Positions 12,501 through 24,500 of a stretch of DNA of 64,000 nt are shown in pieces. Position 1 is the first letter of the stretch. Each line of letters starts with the position of its first letter. The notes beneath the pieces are model-generated. The model did not search any database. It was not told the origin of the DNA and saw only the letters and a program-made list of their open reading frames with translations. This DNA comes from Antedon mediterranea (taxonomy: Eukaryota > Animalia > Echinodermata), in NCBI RefSeq assembly GCF_964355755.1, contig NC_092675.1, positions 20,060,912 to 20,124,911 on the forward strand, read 5' to 3'. The position numbers were made by a program, and so were the translations under genes.

Positions 12501-15500
12501 GTCGCATGTAGAATCTGTAACTACCCTGAGCGGAAACCACCCATCCATTTTGCGTTGTAAATGGTCATACGGGATAAGATAGATTCTACATTTTTATTCC
12601 CGTTTCCGCTCGTCTGTGTAAATTGGCCATACACTAGAAACATGTGGAAAAAATAGTTAAGTAAATAGTAAAGTATTAGCTGTTTTTTTTTGTATCAAAT
12701 TTTTTTATTTATCCAAGGGGTTGATGATTATTTTTATCATTTTTTACATAAAAAAATCACTTTATTTATTTGGCATACAGAGATAGACCAAGAATATTAC
12801 AGAAAATAATGGAAATATACATGACATAGACAGCGAGGTGTCAAAGGTTCTCTAAAATTAAAATACAATTGAAAGAATGTCATAAAGATATTTTGCATAA
12901 CTTTAATAGCATTGGATAGCATTCATTTTATTTCAAATTTAGGCTGAATAATCGGGAAGAATCATAAAAAGAGTAGACATCCATTTCCACTGTTCCATAA
13001 AACAACAAACTAAACCCTACCAACTGCAAATTCAAGAGGGAAACTTGACACTTAGTCTAACCTTGGCTTTGGAACTGTCAATTAAATTCCAATAAATTCT
13101 AAAATATAACTGTGCTTTTATTTCATAGTAAATATATAATTAATTGAAATTTAACAACCAGCAATATAGTGTAAAGAACATTGTTTCCCAGGCCACCAAA
13201 ATGCCAACCTCAGGAATGTACTATACATCTACCAGGAAACAAAGTCTGTCCACTCACTGCAGCTCCAGGCCACCAAAGTTGTGTGATCTGATAGCCTAAA
13301 CTTATTTCATCTAATTAAATTTGTGTAATATAAGTATTATTTTCTTTCCATTTGGATTATTTTATGAAGGTGGTACCCTGAGGTGAGGTGTCAATGTGAC
13401 ACTTTAATACTATCTGTAGTTCTTCATACAATCCGCTTTTGTTTGTGGATACACAGCTACTGTAGTCACAATAAATATAATGTCAGGACAAGGTCCAGTT
13501 TCATCCTAGGTTTAATTAATTCAAACAATTTATACCAATTGATAGAAGATACAAATCATGTGAAAGTACTGCAAACCATGTTCTCTTATTAAGTGGATTG
13601 TCTAAATTTAAAAAAATATAATGCAAAAATGTATTAATAACTAAAGTCTCTGCTGAGTTTGTACCAATGTACAATGTTGTATGTAGAGCCCCAATGAAAA
13701 CCAATTTAAACTGTTAGAAATGTAATAATAATAACATTACATTAACAAACAGCCAGCATTTTTAGGCCCTGAATACCAACCCAAGTGAACAATTTCAAGA
13801 TCATAGAACCACCAATGCCCTACATAATTAAATACACTTTTTGTTGAACAATAATGATCATCATAATGTATGTTGTACGTAGATGTAATGTTCAATAAAT
13901 GTTCAAACAGTATAGAAGTATTATGGGTGCAGGTCAAGTCGGCCCCAAACCGTCTCGGCCAAAGTCAAGTCGGCCCCAAGTCAACTCGGCCTCACATCAA
14001 CTCGGCCAAAAACTAATCGGTCAACTTGGCCACAATAAAATATGGAATGCAAAAAGTACTTAATATTATTATGATTATTACTATCCACTCTAAAAAATGA
14101 AGAAATAAAAAATAGTTAAATAATATCATATAAAAAAATGAACTCATTGCCGATATGAATAGAAGTAGCCTACCCGCGTGTTACAAAAACACGTGCAGGT
14201 ACCGTATTTTGGTAAATCGAAGACGGAGGCCTACGTTCCACCATTTGGCCATAGAAAAAATGATCGTACATCGTTTTTGTCCATGATTTGCGTTTTTAAA
14301 AAAGGGGAATCCCCCAGTCAGCGAAAACATAGTTGTAGATATCGAAAAAGCTGCCAAACGCGCAGGGAGGCGCAGCCAGTGGCGTATCCAGTGATAAATT
14401 GTGGAGAAATATTATTTTATCAATCCCCTTCATTTGCACTTTTTGCGTTCCATACTTTAGCGGGGCCGAGTTGACCGATTATTTTTTGGCCGAGTTGACG
14501 TGAGGCCGAGTTGACTTGAGGCCGAGTTGACTTGGGGCCGACTTGACTTGGGGCCGACTTGACTTGGGGCCGACTTGACTTTGGCCGAGACGGTTTAGGG
14601 CCGACTTGGATCGAAATCAGTATTAGTTTTGAAAGCAATGTGTGTACTATCTAATAATAGCAATGTTGTATAGTAAGCTTTTACTGTACATTGACAGTGG
14701 CATTCAACAAATAATATAATCAATAAAAACAGTCATTTGTATAGTGACAATGCAACAAGGTATGACAATTAATTCTTACACCGTAAAATTGTCTCAATAA
14801 AAATGCAATATGTAAATGTTTAAGGGTTTTTTTTCTAATGTTATAAATTCAATATGCCCATTTCTAAATTCATTATGTTATTTTACATTAAATTATAGCT
14901 TACTTGATTTTAACTTTTTCCTTCAAAATTCACAATTTTTTTTTCTTATAATTCTGGTATTGGTAATCTACAGTATTGTATGTGCCGGGAAGAATTGTAT
15001 GGAAATTTAAACAGTATCAGGCCAAATAAAATGTGTCACCGGTCCTGAACAGTACAGCATGTCTACATTAATATAATATTTACAGTAATTTATTGTTTTG
15101 TAATTGTTTTATTAGGTAAAAGGAAAACAAGAGATTAATGTGAAAGTTAAACACTTCCTACCTCCCTATGTAAGTAAACATTTTCTGTGCCTTTTTATAC
15201 AGTAATATTATAGATAGCAGGGGTAGATCCAGGGACAGATCCAGGGGTAGATCCAGGGACAAATCCAGGGGTAGATCCAGGGGTAGCGCTAGAGGTGTGT
15301 CCTCACCCTCACCCAGCTAAAATGAAATTATGTACTATGTTTTGATCTATTTAATTGACAAGCTATTATGTAAGTTAGTGCTCCCCTATTAAAAAAACGT
15401 AGATCCGACCTTGTGTAGCATTGAACACGTTGTATCTTTTACTAGTACTACTGTACAGGTAAATCTGATATTCTTTATTTTGAAATAATATTTCAGAACT

Positions 15501-18500
15501 TCAGTGCAGAAATATTTGTTTTAAAAAGTAGACGAGAAGCCGTGCCTCTCCCTGAAATAAATGGAGGTAAAGGGCATTTATTAGAACGAAAATACTCCCA
15601 AAATGAAGGAACACAAACAACTCAATCTCCCAATAGTGGTTACCATAGTGATGACTGGCCAGCCAATCATGTCATTGGAAAATCAACAGAATTAGGTGCA
15701 GGTAAGACGAAAAACGAAACGGCCAAATATAAAAAAATAAGGGTGCACATAGTACAATAATATCTATTTATTTTTTAACTTCCCCCTTGATTATGCCACA
15801 GACTTATGGCATTGGTGGATTGTGTTAATCTTATTTGTAATTTAATTGTGAGTGTTGTATGTACTGTAATGGCTGTGTTTGCATGATTTTGTGATGAGTT
15901 TGAACAAAAAACACCAATTTTAACACGGCCAAATATCAAAATAAGGGTGCACAGTATTACAGTAACTATAAAACGGAGTACAATTTATCTTTTGAAAGCC
16001 CAGACCTCCTTCCATTTAGCTGCTGTATTCATTATCATTCACATTTGGGTAAACATCTTAAAAATTACCTTATAAAAGTGAACTACATTACTGTACTTAT
16101 GGAAAATATCTTAAATGTGATTGGTGAATGTAGCTCAGTAGTTTTTGAAAAGATTATTAAATATTGGATTGAACGACAGGGTTAACTACTAAATGCTATA
16201 CCACTCCCTGGGGTAGCACTTTTTTTTAGTCAAATCAGTTTATCTATAGCCAAAATGGCTAAAGTCAAATTTTTTTATTTAGCCAAATGAATTATAGCCA
16301 AAATTTAAAATTTTTGAAATATAGTGGTAAAAACATTTTAGTCAATTTATCTATGTCAACAGGTCGATACACTGTTCCCTGAACATTTTTGTAAGGCATT
16401 GAGATAAAGAACAATGCCTAAATCACTGTATGATTAAAAAAAAATTTTTTTACATGATCAAAACAATTGTTCAAATTGTTTTTAATCATACAGCATTCTG
16501 GGAGTAATTATAAATTATATCGCAGAGTGGGCTTATATCCATGTTGGATATAGAATTAGCAACCAGTACCACACAGTAATGATTAATACCATTTTTTTAC
16601 CATTGGTACTGGTAGGCTTCCCAGCATTCCCCTGCCCTAAGGGTTATGCCACAGACTTAATAAGGCATGGGTGGATGGTGTTAATATTGTTTGTAATTTA
16701 ATTGTGAATGTGAGTGTTGTCTGTAATCAGGGCTGGCTGTGTTTGCATGACGTGTGATGTGTTTGATGTGACAAAAAGCACTATATATATTAATAAATTA
16801 AGCACATTTTAATATTGATCACTATCCATAAGTTGTTTGTAAAAAGATTATTAATTGTATAACAATACTCATTAATAATATGTTTTGTTGAAAAGATATT
16901 AAATGTGTTATTTTAATAGTTACAGTACTTAGTGGATGATATACTATAGAAGTATTGATTTTTAGTTTAGTTTAATATCTTACTAAAATATTATTTGACC
17001 TTGTGTTTCTAAATTTAGATTTTATATTTGATAATTACATTTTTTCTATTGATATTTACACATTTTGTGTTGTTATTATTCATCATACTACTTAGTTTAT
17101 TATAAAGCTATTATAAGTAAACTGTAGTGATTGTTTGTTCATTGTACTTTGTCATTTAACGATGTGCCGTATATTGCATGGTTATTTTATTGAATATCAA
17201 ATTTATTTATAGTAAATTAGAAATTACTAACTAGTGTAGAGTAGTGACAAATTGATATAATTTATTATAAATTTGGCTCACTGTAGAAATGTTTGTTTTC
17301 TTTAAAATTGTACCTTATAAGGTATACAATAAATGTATTACTGTAATCTATTAAACAACAGACTATTGAAGGTTAGTTTAATAATAATTATTATTTTATA
17401 TTTTAAACTTGTTAAATATTGAATATTTTATTCTTTTCTTTTCTTCCTTTACAATCCTTAGTAAAATCACCTAATAAAAAGCGAATTGGACTTCAAAAGA
17501 AGGTTCCAATTAAAAAGGGTGGTCCTAAGGGAATAAGTAAAAAGGGTGCAATAGCCTTAGGTAGTAGTATGCAACAAAATGGTAAAATCAGTGGCAAGCA
17601 ATTTAGGGAAGTAACTAATAGGAGGCCAGAGAAAAAACGTTTAGCAACTGCCAGGGTTATAGGGAAAATAGGTACGAATAAGGATAGGCCTCCTGCTCGA
17701 GGGGGGACTAAGGTTACAGAGAATAAGATGTCTAGGCCAAAACTAGGAGTTAAGCTAAGCAGTGAGGTGGCAGGCAGAAGAGTATCAGGAATAGGTAGAG
17801 GAGGTAGCTTAGTACCAGTGAAAAGGCAGGGAGTAGATAGACAGAATGGTATTACTAGCTTAGAAGGGAGGAAGAGGCAGTCAGTTGTGCCACATACTAG
17901 GCTAAAGCATGGTAAGCTATTAAACAAATAGCAATATTAATTACAATACTCTTTTTAAGGATTTTTTTAAAGTAAAACTAGAAATTTATTTTTTTAGCAA
18001 TAGAATAACATTTGTTGTCGTTTTGTTTGTGAGAATAACTTGTTTGATTGTGTGTTTTGGTGAACACTGTGGTGTAGTGATGCACTTGTAGTTATTAAAC
18101 TCATTTCATTCATTTATAGGACCCACTGCACCTAACTCATCGCACCAGCCAAGTAACCAAGGTGATAACAATGCATACACTACTCACGATACATTTTCCT
18201 CATTTTCTCCCTCTGGACAACATCCGCTTCCTCCAATAGCTGCTCGCCGTTTTCCTAATCCTCCCCATTCACATTCTCCCATCCCTCTCCATGTAAATTC
18301 TTCCTCTCTAAAGAAAGACCAACCACAGCAAGATGGTTTAACTTCCGTGTCGCAAGATTCGATTCCCCGTTTTTTAAGCCCTGACCAAAATGATGACACC
18401 TTCCCTAAACAGGAGGGGGAAAATTTATCACCCCGGTCTGAAGTCCTGTCCATTATCATTGAACATAGGCCCCCACTTAGTGCGACTCCGCCTGATTCTC

Positions 18501-21500
18501 CGTTGCTCAGTTTACACCCAAATTATTTAACAAACCAAATGGAAATTACTACAGAACATGTGAAACCTATTGATAAATCGGGCTGGAGGGATACTTACAC
18601 CAACGGAACAAATGAGGACTCGGGCATTGCCGAGCCAACACCAGAGGAAGGAGATTTGGAATTTTCTCGGCAACTTCATAACCCAATAGAAAGGTTTGTA
18701 GCAATAAAATTATTTTGTTAATGTCTTTTTACAGAATAAATAATTAAATGGAACGAAATAAGTGTAAATGTTATCCAACAATCTTTAGCACTAGTAGATT
18801 TAGCCAGTCCATAGTATTAGTCTTCATTGCAGTTTTTAACTTTCCTTTATTATAGGCATGATGTAAATTCACAATCAGAAAACCGACAAATGATAGTTGT
18901 GGACCACAATCAAGAAGAGCCTCATCGAACAGAACAGAGAAGGCGTCCTCATGACGAGGATGATTTCCATGACAGCAGTGAACGTAAAAGAATTCAGGAA
19001 TTTCAATCAAGATACGATCAATTTTTGGAGGATGAAGAAAATAGAAAAGAATTTGAAAACTTAGAGAAGATAAGAGAACAAAACGCGCAAAATATGATTG
19101 ACATTCGACAAAAGAGAGAAATGATGGAAATGACGATGGCCCAACGAGCCCAAGATCTTGCGCTTTCTAACGGTAACAACCAATATGATGAGTTAGAATC
19201 TTCTGAAAGAGCTAGCAAAGAAGTATCTCAATTTGGAGATAATACAGCTCTTAGTGAAAAAGAGCAGGGACATACAATAGATGAACAAAGAGACTTGAAC
19301 CATGAACAATGGTCTAATGGTCAGGCTCCTGCACTGACAGAAAAAGAGTTATTACAGCAATTCCAAAGAGATGAAGCAGACAAAAACAGGAGAGCTTTGG
19401 AAGCAATACAAATAGATGACTCTAATAAAGAACACTCATTTCTAAAGGTAATCTTTTTGTACAGTAAAGTATGAATTTTTGTAGCATATTTATTTCTATA
19501 CCTTTTTTAGTGACAACACTTACTGTACAATGCATACAATATTCAATGTTACTTTGTTTAAAAAAAATATATTTGTATAATTAATTAGTCAGATTTTTGC
19601 CCTACTCTGAAGTAGGTTTCATAAGAAAAAAATTTATTAATTAATGAACCTAAATAAAAATACAATGAAATAGTGTTGATTTGAGAATCTGTGTCATGTA
19701 CAAATGGCTAATAATAATTATTTATTTGGAAGCTACACTTTTGAAACAGTGGCACACTTCTTGAATGATGGTGCGTCCAGAGTAAGTAAAATAAAGGTTA
19801 AAAATGATTTAACAATAGGCCTATTTACATGGAAACTTAAGCTAAATTATGTACAAACGTAATACAGGATTTAAAAAGCAAAGACTGACTAATCATTTTC
19901 ATTGTTGATATCCCTTCTCTTTTTCCATGCCCGTTTGGTGAAACCTTTACAAAATCTATCAAATGCAACTGTATTGTATTGTAGGAAGATCGGGTACATG
20001 AACCAAGAACATACATTAATTGTTGGTCTATTGACTGTTCCACTAAATATTAATAATAATATTATCAATGTTTTAATATTTTTTAGGTATACTATACTGT
20101 AGGATTAATATAACCTACTAGATTAGATGAATTCTTATTCAATCTTAGTTGTCTTGAAATAATCAATAATGATCAATAATGATCAATAAATAATACACAG
20201 TTCTCATTATTATGTAGATAGATATAATTAGTTTTCACAATACAGTTATAGTATTGAATATCCAGTATTCATTATCTTCTTATGCACCGTTTGTGACTTG
20301 TTTGATTGAAGTTTTATTACTTTACTTGAACTGCTACTTGTATATCTACTTCCAGATTAAGGAGTTCATTCACATAGCTATTATGAACAAAACAAAATGA
20401 GTATGTTGGTATTATTAGACAGAGCGTGACAAAATATGGATTGTAATAGATTGAAGAGAAAAACAAATATAATAGATTAAGGTTATTTTAAATTGAAGTA
20501 TAATTTTCTTCATTTAATGCAATGTATAGATGTTTTAATTTATAAATTAAATGTTAATGTTTATGACTAAGTATACAGTAGTAATTTGCAAAATTAGAGG
20601 GTGGGGTTACTTAAGGTGCATTAACGGATTTTCCATAGTCTTGTCTTTGGCCTAAATCAAGAGGATTATACTCAAGCATGGTATTATACTATACAGTGTT
20701 ATAATATTATATACAGTATTATAATATATTTGTATATATTATATATTGCATTCTGTAATACGAACTTGTGGAAGAACACCTTTATTTTATGGTGAACGAG
20801 TTTTATATTTTGTACTTTTCGTGAATAAATAAAGATTTTGATTGAGTACAGTACTTATGATTTAATAATATCAACCTTATACTATATATTTTTACAACCC
20901 AAGAATTAGTGTATTTTTAAATATTCATTATAAATTGAGTATATTGGATTTAACTGAAATTTCATACATTTTTTAATCTTATTACTTGTCTTATTCAGAG
21001 AGGTCAGAAGAGAGGTGTTCCATCCGCTGTTAAGAACCACTTGCAAGAGACATCAATAGCAATAGCAGTACCTCAGGGGAAAACCCCAAGACCTGCTCAG
21101 CACGCAAACATAGCACTTAAGAGCAAAGACCGTAAGAAATCTAAAAAATTGTGTACTATTATTAAATTTTTAGTATTAAAAATTATTTTGAAAATTTGGA
21201 GTTTGGCTTAAAGGAGTTAACATGGATCAATGAAAATTACTCTGAGATGGGCCAATAAAATCTTGTCCTCCAGAGTGGGCTTATATCGATGGATATATAT
21301 CCCAGCATGGGCTTATATACAGTTAATTAAGGATGAACTTATATCCCAGGTGGGCTTATACATCACAGCTGGGATTATCCCAGTTTTGGCTTATATCCTA
21401 AAGTAAGCTTATGCCTATGCCAGTATAGTAATTACTCTTTTATGACTGTTGAAGATGTACCATACAAAATAAACATATTCTTTGTTAATGTACATTTTTT

Positions 21501-24500
21501 ACATTCAATTTTTATTATATTTTTCTCAAAATACTTTTAAAAAGGTAAGGTAACATACAGTATTATGACCATCAAAGAATGATGAAATAGCGCTTTTCGC
21601 ATGTCTTTATTTATGTGTAACAGTATCTGTTTTGCATGTTTTTATTATTTGAGAAGAATTTTAACACTATGCAATCTTAGCATCATGGACTGCACCACCA
21701 TATTATTTATTAATAGAATAAAGAACTACTGTACATAGTACAATTACAGTATATGTGTTTGTACTCAATATAAGATATATAAATTCCAAAAGATACCTAT
21801 TCTTTAATATTAAAGTTCTTTCCTTGCAGGTGCATCTAGAAGTAAATCTAAAAAAAATACAATATGTTACAATTGTGTTTAAAAAAACTGTCTTTAATTT
21901 ATTGTAGATGATCAACTATTGGCCGATTTAGAAGAGATGCGAGAACAGAGGCAAGCAATTGAGCAACGAAGGGAGGAGTTAGTAAGAAAGGCAAAACTGT
22001 TACAAAGCCGTACAGTGGAGAAGAGGAACAAAGGTAAAAGAATTATATAAATTTGTTACTCAATAACACCATATTAGGTCACTTCATTTCATTTATTTAT
22101 TCAACCAATAAACAGATACAGAACAAACAACAAAGCACAATTGGTCAGAGGCAACTAAAGCAAATTACAATGATAACTCAAAGAGTCAGTTGCTCCTTAA
22201 AAAACATCAAAATACAAAAAATATTGCACTAAGTAAAACATTTGTTGGTCAATATTTTAAAAAAAAAATCTTGTTTAAAATTCATTGATTGATCAGTACA
22301 TTAAACAACTATCACTGGTCTTAAACTTTTAGCAACAATTGTATAGATTTTAGAAGGAAGTTTAGATGTAATATTAAACATATGAAAGACATTCCCAAGA
22401 GCCCATGTTGTAGCACAATAGCAACATTCATAGCAATGAAGAACAAATAAATAAAACATGATAAATAGACAAGCTATAGAATTCAAGTACATTATGGGTA
22501 GCAGACCATGGATTAATGAATCTATCCAAATACAGACAATGTCTTATTTGTTATAAAGAATGGTCAGCCTTTTGTATTGTTCAGTCTCATGTCCACCTAC
22601 ATATCATTAACACAGTACATGCTAATCCACTGTGTAAAAACTAGTACAGTATGTGGTAGGCAGTTTGCAGCTAAACCTACCCTGTCTATGTCCATTTATC
22701 TATGTCCATCTATCTGTCCGTCTGTCTGTCTGTCCGTCCGTCCGTCCGCCCGCCCGAACGCCCGCCTGTCTATATCTATCCATCTGTCTGTCGTTTTAAT
22801 ACATTTCTATCGAGGCATTCCATTTTATTTATAGGCCTATTCCACAGTATCTATCAATTCATCAATAGTGGGTGTTTCCATAAATAAAGGGGCCAAGGTG
22901 TGACATTAGGGTCAGAATTTCAAAGTGTGACATTCTAAGTCTAATAATCAATTCTAAATAGTATATCATGTACTTGAACTAAAAAAAAGAAGCAAAATAC
23001 ACATTAAATCTGTTGTCTCTATGTAACAGCATTATATAGCATCAACATGCATAGCAAATTTCACGTGTAACGGAGACACCAAAATCACATTATCTACCCC
23101 TCTTATAAGTTATTATTAATAACCTAAAACTGTTTAAATTGGATTTTTAAATAGCTTTTGGGAACATCTTCAATGCAGAAAAATATTATTTAAATCACAC
23201 CTTTTCAAATTTAAAAAATAGCTTATGAAATAATTATGCAAAGCCGTTAAAGTTGACTTAATTTCTATATAAAAGATTTGTAAAGTCACTGCTGTTTAAA
23301 AATTACATGTAAACAATACAGAAATGAACAGAATATACCTCAAGTATATACATTTACTAGCAACAAGTCAAATCAGGATCATACCTCCATGTGGAAATAA
23401 AACAATATGGTTCATGAAATATAAATGGAAGATTTCACGTGTAACGGAGACACCAAATGTTCACTTTAACTTGTCACAATGTTTTATGAAATGGTTTTGA
23501 TATGCAGCCATTTTTAAAGTGTAACAAATGTGGTTACTACTGCATACAATTGATTAACTGGTAAAAATAGTATATCAAATACTATCTTTTAATCAATAAA
23601 ACAATATAATTCATGCAATAAAAAATTGAAGTTTTCACGTGTAACAGAGACACCAAATAGTTCACTTAAATAAGTCAACAAGAACTACTACATTATTTTT
23701 AAAGTGTGACAACTGTAATTACTACTGCACACAACAAACTGCTAAAATATACTATTAATAGTCATTTACAGTAAAATCATTGAGAATACATTTGGATATA
23801 CTTCGCATTAACACTCTTGTTCAATCATTAAAACGTATAATCTATATAAATTTACGTGAGGGAAAAATTTGGTAAATCGCGCATTACTTCTAAAATGTTT
23901 ACTCAATGGTATATAAAGTTGGTTCGTACTTTCAGTGCTGATTTTAACCACCTGATGTAACCCTGTTTAATAGTTTAATTTCAGTTATGTAATTTTTTTT
24001 TACGCTGAAATTACTGTATATTCGAGAACCGTCTGTGGGCTGATGTTTCTTTGGTTGGTCTTTTTGTTGATGCGGCATCTCTATTTTTGGGGTTAAATGC
24101 AGTTCTCAATTGGAACGGTAACATTGTTGATAAACTGCTGATCTGTATAGATGAAAAAAATGACAATGAAACATTAGATTTGCCCATCTGGGTTAAATTT
24201 GATTCATCATCATATAGAAATATAAAGTATTTAATTAAGTATTTTTAATATAAATTATACCAATTTAAATAAAAATAAATATATCTATTATTATTATAAA
24301 ATATGTTAGGCCTACTATACTAAATAAAGTGTTTTCTTATCTTATGTTGATGGATTATAATATTTATTATTATTAATTATAAAACAATAAATGAACACTG
24401 TATATATTTGTCTTTCTTGAGTTATGCTCATAAATTGATTTGACTAAAACTATTGCTTTCTTTTCAGATTATTAGTTTAAAATATTAATTTTATTCATCA

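Noticed and set aside
14178-14638. ORFs of 98 and 72 aa
   Set aside because: Lie in the foldback element interior and subrepeats; no protein motifs.
17493-19218. Minus-strand ORFs (144, 91, 79, 66 aa)
   Set aside because: Antisense shadows of SPATA1 exons; no independent motifs or splice structure.
19751-19782. Possible extra SPATA1 exon (CAG|TGGCAC...CCAGA|GTAAGT)
   Set aside because: Contains a stop in the phase delivered by the preceding exon; cannot be supported without RNA data.
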